The translations under genes and the position numbers were made by a program. The notes below the pieces were generated by a model. It ran no database searches, was not told where the DNA came from, and saw nothing but the letters and a program-made list of their open reading frames with translations. Of a stretch of 64,000 bases of DNA, positions 33,297 to 47,115 are shown piece after piece. Position 1 is the first letter of the stretch. Each line of letters opens with the position of its first letter. This DNA is from Setoptus koraiensis (Eukaryota > Animalia > Arthropoda), in contig CM106585.1 of NCBI GenBank assembly GCA_048013815.1, positions 11,408,001-11,472,000 of the forward strand. The letters run 5' to 3'.

Positions 33297-36200
33297 ATGC
33301 AGGCCACTACTGCCGATCAATTTCGGCTGGCAAATTTGATCAATGACAAATCAGACGATGGTGACTTACAACGTAAAATAGACCAGATCATTGAATTGAC
33401 CAGTGCGACCAGGGATCAAGCGGCTGTCGCTTTGCACGATTGTGACTACGATACAGAAAAAGCGGTTGACATGATCTTGGAGGGGGACCATACGAATGGT
33501 GAAAATCAATGGAAATCTGCCGGTAAAAAACGAAACAAACAACAATCACAAGCTAAGCAGGGAGCAAAAGCGGGAATATCTAATAGTAATCTGATTAATA
33601 ACACTATTTCAGCAACAAATGCTAGCAACAACACTACATCGTCTGCAACATCTGCCGACGATTGCAACAGTGACCAACACCCCAACCAACATTCAAAAGG
33701 AGCCAAGGCATCGAATAGGCTCCAACAACAAAATTCTAGGATTCAATCTGGAGTTGTTAACTCGTCAGGCACCAACAGTAACAACAATTCAGCATCTCTT
33801 TCTACAACAAACAACAATGTGGAATCGACCTCAAATCCCGTTAATGAAACAATTGTAGATAGTGTAAATTCATTTGAATCTGATAGAATGCAGAACTTCA
33901 AGAATACAGATTATGGCTCCAAGACAGCAACCGCTCAAGATTACGATAATTATCAATCTAATAATAACTCAAGCAGTAATCGCTCCACCAGAGTTGGCGG
34001 AAATAGACGAGGAGACGGAGCAAGTGGCACCAATAGAAGGGATTTTCAAACAAGTCAACATGATCATAGATCCCCTCGTAGATTTAATCGAGATCACGAG
34101 GACACGTCTTTACCGAAGCGTGGTTCCAGTGGTCGTGGCGTAGGAAGGGTGAACTCGCATCAAGAAGATGATAACAATCAGGGCAATCGTCGTAGTTATG
34201 GTGACGATGATAAAAGATTTGCCAGTAGAGGCGGCAGAGGCACAGGTCTTCATAGGTCATTTAATCAGCGTCCCAATCAGGTTACTGGTACCAATGCTTC
34301 TCGCGGTGCCAGAACTATACTGAACAGAGGTTTGCAATCATCATCCTCTACAACAAACGCCAATCCATCAGTCGATGGTTTCCCAAATTCTATTGACACA
34401 TGGACGAACAGTACTGCAGAAACTGCTGGCCAAGCAGGAAAATCTAATAATCCCACCAATGCTCCAGTAACAGATTGCAGTACTTTAAGAGTAGGTCAAT
34501 GGTCCGATGTTGCAGGTAACGAAGATTGGAGTGAAGAAGATTGGGATGCCAAGGTTATGGAAACCAAAGTCTACACTCCTAGTTCCAAAGCTGTGGATAA
34601 CAGCGTAGCAAGTAAAGGTCAACCCAATTTAAATCCTGTATCATCTCAATTAGATTTGGCTACTATTCTATCAAAATCTGTCCAAAATGATGCACAACAA
34701 AATACAACTGTAAAGCAGACAAGCCAGTCACAACAGTCGGGTCACCAAAAAGCTGCTATGTCAGCTCTCAATGATAATGCCCGTGCAGTTTTTTTGCAGC
34801 ATCTTCATCAGCAACAGAATCGCTCCCAACAACAGTCAAACATGGGTCAATTTACCATGAGCCAGTATAACAAAGAAGCTTCTGAAAGTTTGAAATCGCT
34901 TGTTGGTATACCTTCTTCTAATTTGATTTCTTCGGGTGATTCGATAGGATCTAAGGGTCCGCATCAACAACAACGATTGTCTAATAAGCAAAGGTCAACT
35001 CGCATACCTGATTCTGCGGTAGAAATGCCCCTAAGTGATCAAGTGTCCTCATTAAATGTTCAGTTTGGGGCGCTTGAGTTTGGTGACGAAGCATTTCCTA
35101 TAGTTAACCCGGACAGCAAAAGCGCATTCCAAGACGTGCTCAAGTCAAATAAGATGGGTAGTCATCAGCTCGGAAGTCCCGCGCATCATCAATCTTCAAC
35201 ACAAACAAGCTCTGATAGTAAAACCAATTCAAGTAGGCAACAAACCGGGAAGTCCGATCTATCTCAGAATCAGTCTGTACTCGGATCCTCACTGGCACCT
35301 GATGGTAGCCTGAGAGGTCAAACAAATAAGTCTACTGGACATCCGCAACAACAATCTGTTACCAATCAGTATGCTAGAAAGACAGTTTTAGACTCATCTT
35401 CGTCTCAAACCTCAGGCCAATCTGCCGTTGCGTCGTCTTCCCCTTACAACTCTAGTAATCAACGCTCGAACGTGAATGAATTAGGGTCCGGTTTCCGGAC
35501 ACGCCAAGCCTATCAGACTCCAAGTGATAATACAACAACCACTAGTATATATCCATCCTCAGTCGCTAGTGCTTATTCAACAAATCCAGCTCCAACACAG
35601 GTATCTTATCCCTACTCAGGTTATGCATCTCAACAACAATTAACATCAACTGGTGGTTACACTACATCTAGTTATACTACTAATGCATCGAGCCAGCAAA
35701 AGTCGGCTTTAGGTATAAAAGATCTGGACACGGGTGCCTCCGGTAAGTTTAAAAAGAATAGAGAAAAAATAGCACTAGATTTATATTGTAAAACTGGATA
35801 CTAACCTAACGATAATTTAATCTTTTAACTAGGAAAAGGAATTCCGAGTGTGCCACCTGGAACGTTGCCTTTGATGAGTCAGCCCCAATACATGATGGCA
35901 AACGCGTATCAGCCTGCTATATTCCCCTATCCGTTTCAAGCTGACGTTCATTATCAAGCCACAGCTGCAGGTAGAGAGCAAAACTTTCAGTCTGTATATT
36001 CTCCGGGTGATGCAACTAAATTCAACCGAGGTGCAGATGGAGAAGCATCCTCGATATCGACTACTCAAGCTGCTGGTGTAGCCTCACAGACACACAATCA
36101 ACCCTTCGTGGCCAATGCTCTTCATCCCGGGTACCAACTTACATACGCGATGCCAGGTGCTTTCAACATGTTACCACAGAATCTGTACGGCGCTGCACCG

Positions 36201-36764
36201 ATATTTCCAACACATATACCGCAACCCACCAACACTGGATCTGCAAATACGGCTTACCCTAAAAGTACGGCACATGCTTATCAATCACACACAGGCTACT
36301 CTGGATATGACCCTCTAAATGCAGTACCACCACAACAGACTCAAGATTACGTGAAGCAAGCATACGCTGGTTCTAATATGCAACAACAGCAGTCTAGTAA
36401 TAAATCCATGGGATCAAATTCTGATATAGGAGTTTCTGCAAGTAACGCCAACAGCATGTACGGTGGATCGTCTAAAACACACGCGCAATTGGGCAAGCAA
36501 GCTAATTACGACTCCAAGAGTTACCAACAGCAGCAATCAAGCAATCCAGCGCCTCAGCAATTTGGTTTTTCACATAACACCCAACAAACTGCATCATTTC
36601 CTGCACCATATCCTATATTACCTCCTTCACAACAGTCTTTGATGCAACACCATCTACAAGCTGATAATTCCGGCATTAATGCGGCTAGTGGTCAGCAGCA
36701 AGCACAGCAGAAAGGCGCCGTACCTGTTGCTCCAAACAACAGTAAGTATTATGGTTGGAATTAA
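33297..36764 (+). CDS. lig: Lingerer / ubiquitin-associated protein 2 family; exons 33297-35742 and 35833-36764
   Basis: N-terminal QATTADQFRLANLI plus UBA domain (KIDQIIELT...AAVALHDCDYDTEKAVDMILEG), RGG region, EDWSEEDW, and the DUF3697-like RIPDSAVEMP...LNVQFGALEFG. A phase-1 GTAAGT..ttaactag intron (90 nt) joins into GKGIPSVPPG. An upstream exon cannot be excluded. Confidence 0.92.
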
Positions 36765-37125
36765 GTACAAGCTGCACAAAGCATATGATCTATTATATCA
36801 ACTTGATGATATCCGACGCAATTACAGATGCATGATCGAAAATTTAGAGCATTGCCCATGGTTTTGTTAGGTGTTTGAGAGTACTAGCAGCAGATGACAT
36901 AGATACTAATAACATAACCTTACCCTTCACATTTATCTCGCAATGATGATAAAGCTTAACAAAATTGTATGTGTATAATTACTTCTAGATATTAAAGAGA
37001 AAATGAAAATTCACATTAAAAAAAGTATCTACACGTTCATCAAAAAAAAAACTGTCCTCGCACACAACATTTATTCGGAGTTAAATTGTGAACGATAACA
37101 AGGCTATGATGGTTCGAAGAGAATC

Positions 37126-38298
37126 TTATAACTCTGTTCTCTTGCTAGTTATCTTGTCTTCAATTAACCTGTGGACCTTAGCAATTTTATGGTTCATGTC
37201 TTTGACTCTTTTCTTCAGGCCCCTCACCTCATGATCATCGTCCTTCGAAGGGTCTAGTCCTACTTGACCGTGTTCTAATTGAACCTCATAGTGCCTAAGT
37301 TTTTTTATCCTTGTTTGATAATGATGAAGCTCCGTCTTCAGTTCTTCAAGCTCCTCAGAGGTAAAATTACTTGACTTCGCAGATGACCATAAATCGATAA
37401 CTTTCTGCTCGTCAAAGTCAGCTTCGCCTGCTAGCTTTGACTTGATTTTAGAATGGAGATGTTCGAATCCTTTTTTAGTTTCTCTTTGCTTATCTTTCAG
37501 CATTTGCTGAGTATTTTGATTAAGTCGATGCTTTTTGTCTGATGCAGACTCGCTGTCAAAAGACTTGCTCCTGAAAATATTCTTATTATCTTCCATTGTG
37601 TTCTCAATTGAGTTCTCCCATCGTTCTTTCTCAACTTTAATATCATCGGATTTGGCATCGAGCATGTTCATGACATCAATATGCTCATCAAGTCTATCTT
37701 GTTGATGCTGAAATTCCTCCTGCAAAATCATGAGTTCTTCTTGGGAGAAACCTGATTTCTCGGCCTTTTTCCACAATTTATCTAAACGAGAGTCCCTGAA
37801 TATTTTCTGGTTTAAATGAATATCCGTTTCAGGATTGTTATCAGTGACTTTAGCAAGATTTTTTGCCTTTCTTACGCTCTTCTCGTCAGCCACAGGTGGA
37901 TGTAGATCATGATAATATTTGTCAAGACCATACTTGGAAAGAACATTCAATAGCTTACGACGGACCGCTGCCTCATGTAGGCCATCTTTATCTTGATTGT
38001 TGGCTTTTAGTTTCTTTAATGTGGTTTCATCTTGCTGCAGTGAGAAAAAATCTGTTCGGAGATTCTTGAGTTTTGATTCACCTAGCGAATTCTTCGCCTT
38101 GTTGTAAATGAGATTCAATTTGTCGATGCGAAAGAGATTTTCTCGCTTGGCAGGTGCATCGTTGCATCTTATTTGGAATCCTGGAAATGTAATTATCTGT
38201 TGAATCGCAACCAAACAAAACACTACGAAAGTGAATCTATCCATCGTAGTAATGTTTATGAGTGTATATTTATTGCATGACAGTTTTTGTGAAACCAT
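37126..38298 (-). CDS. LRPAP1: Alpha-2-macroglobulin receptor-associated protein (RAP), single exon; start may be 38244
   Basis: Signal peptide (MDRFTFVVFCLVAI), NLFRIDKLNLIYNKAK, FRDSRLDKLWKKAEKSGFSQEELMILQEEFQHQQ, FDEQKVIDLWSSAKSSNFTSEELEELKTELHHYQ, and C-terminal RTEL (KDEL/HNEL-type ER retrieval signal). Confidence 0.93.
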   Translation of the reverse strand: MVSQKLSCNKYTLINITTMDRFTFVVFCLVAIQQIITFPGFQIRCNDAPAKRENLFRIDKLNLIYNKAKNSLGESKLKNLRTDFFSLQQDETTLKKLKANNQDKDGLHEAAVRRKLLNVLSKYGLDKYYHDLHPPVADEKSVRKAKNLAKVTDNNPETDIHLNQKIFRDSRLDKLWKKAEKSGFSQEELMILQEEFQHQQDRLDEHIDVMNMLDAKSDDIKVEKERWENSIENTMEDNKNIFRSKSFDSESASDKKHRLNQNTQQMLKDKQRETKKGFEHLHSKIKSKLAGEADFDEQKVIDLWSSAKSSNFTSEELEELKTELHHYQTRIKKLRHYEVQLEHGQVGLDPSKDDDHEVRGLKKRVKDMNHKIAKVHRLIEDKITSKRTEL

Positions 38299-38761
38299 TT
38301 GAAACCGAAGAATGTGGCCAGAAAGCTGATTTATTTTAAAGGCGTTCTTGCTAATGGCTCTTCTTGAGAACCACCTGTGTGATGATGATGCAATAAATCA
38401 TTTGTTGTCGCTTTTTGGATTTTCGTATTTGGCGCTAAACAAGAAACAACTCGCGCAACATATCGCATCCATGTGGTCCATGTGGCGCGCCTTCTTGTGT
38501 AACACGCGTTCACATGTGCATGCCTGGTATTTTAGTCAGTTACGAATCGCAGCTCTGCCATATCCGTCATTGTGTAACTGACATCATTCCGACTACAATC
38601 CCTCATTGATAAAATCAATATCTTCAGTAACCACTTGTCATCATCCTAGGCAATCTAGATTTTACTCAAGCCACTCATACGGTTTCATCATCATTACATT
38701 AATCACTCATTTAATATTTATCATACATATCGTTCATATATTATTCTAAATCCGCACCATC

Positions 38762-39481
38762 ATGTTTTGGGGACTACACGTAAAATCCACCCACAAGAGC
38801 AGCGACCCGGTACAATATGAGTTTTTAGAGAGCGTCAAACTAAGCCAAGTGGCGCTCGAGCCCTTGTCATTTAATAAAGGGGTCCCTGTCAAGACGGCAG
38901 GCACACCACAAGGAGGCAAGAACAAGAGAGTCAAGACAGACCTGAATGTATCACAAAATGGCTATGTTGAAAAAGACCAGAAACAATCCCCTGTGACACT
39001 TCTCGTTGAGCATGATAATAAGCAGTTTGTCCTGTGCACGCTAGACCCCAGTTTAAGTTGGCAATGTCCCCTAGATCTTGTCTTTCAAGCTGGTTCCTCT
39101 GCTAAGTTTTCCCTAAGAGGTCATGGCACTGTTCACCTAACTGGTTACGAGATACCAGAAGAAATGGACGATGAGGATGATGACCCGATGGTTAGCTTTC
39201 AAGAAGAGGATGACGATGACGATTACGAAGAGGACGATATTCACCAAACAAACGGCACCGAGATGAGAAATAGAATAAAAGAGATCAAGGACAGCAGAAA
39301 AAGGAAAAAGGCCCATATGGATACAGATGAAGATGATGACGACGATGACGAAGACGATGAAGATGAAGAAGATGATGAAGAAGAAGATGAGGACGATGAC
39401 TTGGACCTAGATGTTGACGATGATGATGAGGACGATGACGATGAGGAAGATGACGATGAGGAAGATGACGAGGATGATTGA
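38762..39481 (+). CDS. Nucleoplasmin-like (NPL/FKBP39-type) domain histone chaperone with a long acidic tail
   Basis: MFWGL...VKLSQVALE...VTLLVEHDNKQFVLCTLD...QCPLDLVF...FSLRGHGTVHLTGY core, followed by D/E tracts and a basic KRKK NLS-like patch. Divergent from LRPAP1 across ~460 bp. Confidence 0.88.
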   Translation: MFWGLHVKSTHKSSDPVQYEFLESVKLSQVALEPLSFNKGVPVKTAGTPQGGKNKRVKTDLNVSQNGYVEKDQKQSPVTLLVEHDNKQFVLCTLDPSLSWQCPLDLVFQAGSSAKFSLRGHGTVHLTGYEIPEEMDDEDDDPMVSFQEEDDDDDYEEDDIHQTNGTEMRNRIKEIKDSRKRKKAHMDTDEDDDDDDEDDEDEEDDEEEDEDDDLDLDVDDDDEDDDDEEDDDEEDDEDD

Positions 39482-40334
39482 GAGAGTGTGGACGGATACT
39501 AGCCAAGGGATCTGAATGCTATGTCACACAAAATATGAGGCCTTTAATTAGAAATGAATAAAAGTGATATCGGTTACCACTGTTTTAGTTGGCTGTTGAG
39601 TTTGTGTTATTGGTTCTTCCGTTGTATCATCGCACCCCCCTCATAGCTGTGCTGGCCGCGCTCGTTTCGTGGGCGTCAAGAGGATCGAGAGATTTTGTGC
39701 GCACAATTCGCTTGAGTTTGTCAAGATGGCGCTGCAATCTCGTCGCCTTGCCCGATGTGGATGTTGATATTGTTTGTTGTTATTGTTGTTGTTGTTGTTG
39801 TTTAGCCAGTGTAGTTGCGCAAGTCTATCTCGCTTACAGCGTATCTAGTAAGATCAGTTTATCTATCTAGCTAGCATGGTGTAGACAACAACTATACAAC
39901 TTTGTCGAGAATCGACTCTTTGTAAGGCTGGTTAGCAGCGAGGCAGACAGGCTAGCTAGCATGCTGGCATAGCAATGGCAGAAGAAGCAATTTCGGCATC
40001 AAAAAGTAGTAGTTCAAGTTCTTTATTATAGCTAGACAGAGAGATAGCTATAGAGCACTAGATGGTAGTAGTTTCTTCAGGCTCACACGCACGATAACAG
40101 ACTAGCATTAGTTTTGACACATGCTATACCAGCAGCAGCAACAACAACAACAACAGCAACCAGCAAACAGCAACGGCGGCAACAAGACACTATCTCGCTG
40201 ACTAGTAGTGTTAGTAGCGGTGGTGGTGGTGGTGTTAGTGTTGTTGGTATTGGTAGTTGTGTAGTAGTAGTGGCAAGAAAATGGGTCGAACAGGTGAATG
40301 AAACAAGAACAACAATTGGTGTAGTCGTAGTCGC

Positions 40335-40450
<116 letters not shown>

Positions 40451-40602
40451 GGACTGGAATAAGCTAGCAACAAGCTCAACTGGTGTTGTTCAAGACTAGC
40501 GTTCTTGCAGAATCGTCGTAATCCTTATACAAGTCGTCATCGTTTTTGACTCGGCATAACAATGATCAGCACACGGCAACTCTTCTCTTGACAATTCAAC
40601 GT

Positions 40603-40636
<34 letters not shown>

Positions 40637-42381
40637 GCTTGACGGTTGCTGTGTTGTGTTGCGTTACTGCGCGTTGAGAGTTCAATCTTGCCAATCTAGC
40701 TGGACTAGAGCGGCCGACTAGCGGCTGCTCTGCTATTTTATATTCATCTTGTCTTGTTACTCGACTTGGCCAAACTGCCGCCTGCTCTTGCCTGCGATTC
40801 CGATTTACATTGAAATGGCCGGCAAACCGCCGCTCTCGGCCAGCCACTTTGCCAGTCAACTCTGGCAGTTGGACTCTGCTGCACTCTACACCTAGACTGC
40901 CGGCCGGCCAGTCAGTCAGCCAGCCGGCCGGCTGGCCAGTCAGTCTGGCAAGCCAGCGGGCCGGTCCAGACGGCCGGCCGGCCGGACAGTGTGTGTGTGT
41001 AAGAATCAAACAGTGAATCTCGGCACTGGCGGGCGCACAACACACACACACTTCTTGCTCGCTAGAGCCATTGTCTGTCTGTTGTTGGCAACACGGAGGG
41101 CGACTTCTTTTCGGTTCCTTCAGCGTTACACAGCGAGCAACTTTTTACAACACATTCGATAGTTTTGTGCGCAAACCAGTGCTGTTGCTGTCAGTTGGAG
41201 ATATTGGCTTGCCTTGCAAGTTGCACTGCATGCTACAAGCTAGCCTGTTGATGATGTAACAACAAATTGAGTAACGAACGAACCAAGGAACCGAGGAACC
41301 AGCCAACGAGCAACGCAGCACACATTAGCAATAAATGAACTTTCAGCACCGGCGCTCAGTCACTCAGTGCCCACCTATGAAAGGTCCTGTGTGATGATGA
41401 TGTAACAATTGCATTGGTCATCATGGTCACTTTGCGCACACACAGCACATGCTCAACAGGACAGAGTTGCTGGCCGGCGAGCCAACGCGTTGGAGAGCCA
41501 GCGCGTTTGTGTGCCAGTGAATGAGGCGCTTTTACCCGATATGGATAATGTGGCGCGTCGTCGTTTCAGTATCAGGCGCTTGTTGTTGGCGCAAGTTGGC
41601 TAAAGTGTCTGGCCAATGACTCGGGCATGGCTTGTGCGACCACCGGCGCTTGTGGTAGCACTTGCCACCAAATCAAACCACTTGCTTGTTTGGTCAAACT
41701 GATGACCACTGTGTGCATGAGTGTTGCATCGTGTAGCAACGCCACGATGTTATTGTCGATGATGTGCCAGCATCAACAATAACAATTATGACAAGTTAGT
41801 CACAACGCAAGTTACATACATGCTAAAGTAGTATTACCAGTTGCTGCTGTTGCTGCTAGTAGCAGTTGTTGGCATGCCGTATCAGCTATGGCGCAACCAA
41901 TGCCAGTAGTGGCCAGCGTAACTAGAACAACGACGGCAATAGTAACAGCAACAGCAACGCACAAGAGCGACCACAAATACTAGTCAGCGCTAAACAATAA
42001 CAACAGGTGAAGTTGGAGGTTAACATTCTAACATTCGGGAGTAGTTGTGCAAACTTGCGATGCACACACACAATATTACAATATACATGTATATCTATAT
42101 ATGTATGCACACAGATGCCATAATGTTGATATTCGTGTTGATATTGATACTCATCATCTGTGGCGATGATCATAATGCCGATCACACAGGTCACCATGGT
42201 TATCATGGTCATTTGAATACAACCGCTGGCCATTGTCCGTGCTCGAGCTTTGTATTTATTAGCCAGACCATGTAATATGTTTGCTGTGCACTCGTTTTGC
42301 GTGCCGTCTGCGGATATGCCATTTTTCACATTTGAGTTTCTCTTCTATCATCTGTCATCTTGGCTCCTGGCAGCTCACAGC

Positions 42382-42426
<45 letters not shown>

Positions 42427-45158
42427 CTCGCAACGTCGCCCACAATGCTCGAGGCAGCGTTCTCAGTGGAGATTCTAATTTTACATTTTTTACAGACTTG
42501 ACTGGCGCACTGGCCAGTGTCGGCGAACGTGGCCGGAGAGATACATTGTGACTGTGGCAGTGAAAATTAAAATTCATGCCCGACCGCTCAATTCCACTGT
42601 TACGCAATTTTCGCTCCAATCATATGTGCTATATGACATAAAGTGTGCAGTGACGGTGCCATCGGAATTGGAGCTGATCCTCATCAGACACAACACCGGT
42701 CTTGAGCGAGCGCTCACTCTGCGCTGTCGCCCTCTCTCATCAGCCTCGGACAGCCTGAGCACGTGGTGCCTCTAGGCAAATCCATCGGCAGCTCGCTTTT
42801 AAAACAGAGATATCGATGTGCACACCGCAAGGCCACACACTTGCTATTGACAGATAATTGTCATGCATGGCTCGTGCTAAGACTAGTCAGTTGGTTGCAA
42901 AAGTAACTAGTGCACCTATGACTGCATTATGCTGCTGTCCATAAAGAATGCATAAACATAATATACAAATACAGTGCGCAAAAGCAAAATATATATTTGA
43001 GTTCGATGTAAACAGAGATAGTTGAAGCAAAGTATTGTGGGCCGATAAAAAAGCTACCACATGCTTGCTGCAACGGCTGGTATATCTGATATGCGCGTGC
43101 CAGCCCGGATCATAACTGCATATTCATTGTTAATTTGTAAACTGATTTCCTTACTCTGTGCCCGGCTTGACCGTTGCGCCACAATCACAATCAAGTAGCG
43201 CCGCCAAGACCACTAGACTCTAGCGAGTAGAGGCCCGAATGGGTAGAAAGAAACTGGCCTGGGATAAATTGGCGTTTCGTCGTCGCCAATTCGAAGCCCT
43301 GCCAGCCATTTGTTACTTTTCTCTTTATTAGTGCACACACTAGGCCATTGTACATAGGCGAACGCGAAAGCACACACACACAAGCTTCAGTGCACTGCTC
43401 TCTATCTAAACGACGGCGTCCGGATGAGCAAGCCTTTGCCCGTCAGCGAGCCCGAGCAACTCCGGCTCGCTGGCCATGTGCTTCACGTACCGAGATCCCG
43501 TTACTGTTGTTGCCGCTGTCGTTGGTGCCGCTGTCGCTGGTGCTGCCGTTGTTGTTGCCGCTGTTGTTGGTGCCGTTGTTGTCGGTGCTGCTGCTGCTGT
43601 TGTTGTTGTTGTGCAGGCAGGCAGGCAGGCAGTTCGGGCGCCAGAGACACCGAAAGGACAGAGGGGGGCAGCAGAATAAAGTACCAGCCAGTGCGCTGGG
43701 CAAACAACAAAACAGTGCCCACGGTTGGCACTCGTGTGGTAGAAATGGAATGATGGAAAGAGGGCTCCATCAGCGTTATTAGATTAGTTGCTATGCGTGG
43801 CCCCTCCGCCAGTCTTGGTGGCTCTCTGCTCTGCCCGGTTCTGTTCTGTGCCGCTCGGCTCGGCAAGGCTGCCTCGACTGGCACATCATGGAGCCCATAA
43901 GGATTTGTTGTTGTTGTTGTTGTTGTTGCTGTTATTTGGTGCCTATAAGCCTTATAATATAAGGCTCGCCAGCACTGCTGCTGCCGCTAGCTAGCCAAAC
44001 GCGCTTCATGATGCGCACAGCCAGCTGGGCGGGGATATAGCACAGCAAAGCGCGGGTCCGTGTGCGCATAGCGGCTGGCCTCGCTGGCAATAATTTGTGC
44101 GCCCCTGCCGTCAAATGTATGCGAGCGCGAGGCCCTTTCTGGTGCTGACGCGCGCGCGGGCTCGTGCCGCCAAGGCAAGCGTGCGATTACAACGAAAAGC
44201 GGGCCCCAAGTAGCCAACAACAAAGACCGCTTCGTCGTAGCGCCGGGCTTGCCAGCAGCGCCACTTGTGAGAGGGGCCTGTGCCGCCGGGGCTGCAGTGC
44301 ACGGGGGGCGAACTGTGCCCGCTCGCTGCTGTAACGGCCGGGCCAGCCTGGGCTGGCCAGATTTAGCCGGAGTCGGCCCGAGCTGGAGACACGCCATCAT
44401 ACAGTATTGTATAGGGTGTGTGTGTATAGCGAAAAGTGTTTCCAGTTGCTCAAGTTGTGGGCCAAAAAGCGCCCAGAATTGTCCACTGAAATTATCGTCT
44501 TGCCAGTGGCCTTGTGCGTGTGTGTGTGTGCGTGTGCCTGTGCCTGTGCGTGTATATCAGCTGGCGATAGTTTATTTGCGAGCAAATTATTGCGACGATA
44601 TGCTGCCGGTGTGCGGGTAGCACAGGCACATTGTGGCCGTGTGGTCAAGCCGAGCACAGGCTGCGCGCATGAGAGCAAATAGGCGGCCAAGTGGCCATGT
44701 TTATTCATCTTCGATACGGCGGGCCCCAGCGCAGGCCGCCGCTGAGACGCCGAAAGGGGCGCTGGCGAGATGGGATCGCTCGTCAATCAAGACGCAGCGC
44801 CCAGCGGATGACACACAAGCGTCGCCTTGTTGTCGCATTGTCCAAGGAGGGGGCGCGCGGCGAGCCATTTGGAGCCGTTCGGAGCCGTTTGGGCCCATTT
44901 GGCTGCGCGCACACACACACGCACACACACACACACACACACATGAAAACAGCAATATCCAGTAATAGTCTCTATGATAATAATATTGTCGGTGTTGCCA
45001 AGCTGAATAAAGTTGTGAGTAAAAAAGTTGGATCTGGCGCGATGAAAACTTTTTCATTGTGCCGCACACTCGCCAGGGCCGGACTCTATACAAGCGGCCC
45101 GCTGTACATTATATATACGTTGCCCAGCGAGCTTAACAAAAACCCACTTTAGCTGATG

Positions 45159-45189
<31 letters not shown>

Positions 45190-47084
45190 CGCGCGCAAGC
45201 ACGGTACGCAGTGACTTACGTAAACAACAAGAAAACAACAACAACAGGAACACACACTCGCACACATTCATTTCAGCTAAAAAACAAATATCTGGGCCCG
45301 CTCGTTGCGCAACTGCGCACTGATCGCACAGTCGGCTCGCGTCGGCAAAACGCGTTAGTTGTCGTCGTCGCCGCTGCCATTGGTGCTGTTGCCGCTGCCG
45401 CTGCTGTTGTTGCCGCTGCCGCTGCTGTTGTTGCCGCTGCTTCTGTTGGCGCCGTTGTCGTCGTCGAAGTGACGCACAATTGTGCAACTAACAGCACCAT
45501 ATAGCACACCGTGGTCTACATAGTATGTGTGCGACCATAGTGCACACCATTATGTGGCCTATGCGCCCGGACTGGCTGGCATATCACCACATGGCCGCGG
45601 TATATATCCTATATATGAAGTGGCACAAGGAAATAGTGGAGTGCAAATTGCGAGCACCACGTTTCTGGCCAGTACCTATTATGCCGACTGCTGGCGGGCG
45701 CGCAGTTGGCAAGCTCGCGCCGCTTGCAAGCGGCGCCCCATAACGGCAGCGGTCCGCTAGTAGCAGGCGGTGTGTGTGCGCTGTGCCATCGTGTGCGCTA
45801 TGTTGTGTGTGTGTGTGTGTGCGCCATGTTGTGTGCGTGTGTGTGTGCTGTGGCGTGTGTGTGCGTGTGCTGTGGCGTGTGTGTGTGTGCGCGCGCCCGC
45901 GCCGGGACCTAGCGAGTCGATAAAAGTCGCAAGCAATGAAAAGAGTTAGCGCGCGCGCGCGCGCATCTTGTCGTGGCTAGGCGCTGCCGGACCGACAGTC
46001 TGGGCGCCGTTGTGTGCTCATTGTGCATTATTGCTCCTAGTTGCACTCCGTTGCGAGTCCCAACTCACAGCTCGCGAGCGTCGCTGGCGATCGCCCATGA
46101 TAATAGTCTTATCCGAGTTACATCATCATGTTGATGCTGTGTGTGTGCCAATCACGATGGCAAGAGCGCCGCAATTGTGAGCCAGCCAGCCAGCTCGCAA
46201 GCGGCTCGCTGGCGCTGCCAGCGTAGTGGCGGCAGCGATGCACTTGCAGACTAGTTGTGCGCAGTTGGCGCATATCGAGGTCAGCCAGCAAGCGAGCCGC
46301 CTAGCCAGCTAATGCGCCTGTGCAAGCTGCGAGCCGCCTGCAAATCGACAACAGCAGCAATTGCAGCGACAGACCTGTCCCTACTGGCTGTCGCGAGTTA
46401 TAGTCACTATTTGGTGTGTGCCGACTGTGAGCTCACGATGTAACTCTGTTGTTGATTTGGTTGTTGTTGTCGTTGTTGCTGCCGCTGCTGTTGCTGTTGC
46501 CTGCATGTTGTTGTGATGCGCGCACACACACACAAACTCGAATAGCACAGCGCAGAGCCGATATTACTCTCTGCTATGGCTGCATACAGTATACAAACCA
46601 CAATGACGAAGGTCTAATAAGCCAGCTACAGTATCAGCCAGCCAGCCAGCTAGCTCGCTGGCGGCTGGCTGGCAATAGGTATTCTGCTAGCGCACGAAAG
46701 TGGCAAACCTTTGACGTAAGACAACCTTTGGCGCCTGGGCCGCGCACAGAACAACCAGCTCGCAACAACGGCGCCAACAACAGCGGCAACAACAACAGCG
46801 GCGGCGGCGGCAGCGGCAACAACAGCAACTACGGCGCCAGCAACAACACACAGCCCAAGAGCATCTGCCAGCGAGATGCAAGAACAGGTCGGAACACACA
46901 AACTAACTCCCATGTTACGCCATACACGCAGAATGCCTGTTCCAAAACCATGTCAGACTTTGCGACTCGCTCGCAGCGCAACACCAACAACAACAACAAC
47001 AACAACAACAACCACGACAACAACAACAACAACCACGACAACCACACAACTTGCTCCATTTAAGCGCGCATCATAGGTGGCGCT

Positions 47085-47115
<31 letters not shown>

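Noticed and set aside
37757-37770. TTCTCGGCCTTTT, matching the U2 snRNA 5' end
   Set aside because: It is a 13-mer inside the LRPAP1 CDS (antisense) with no further U2 similarity.
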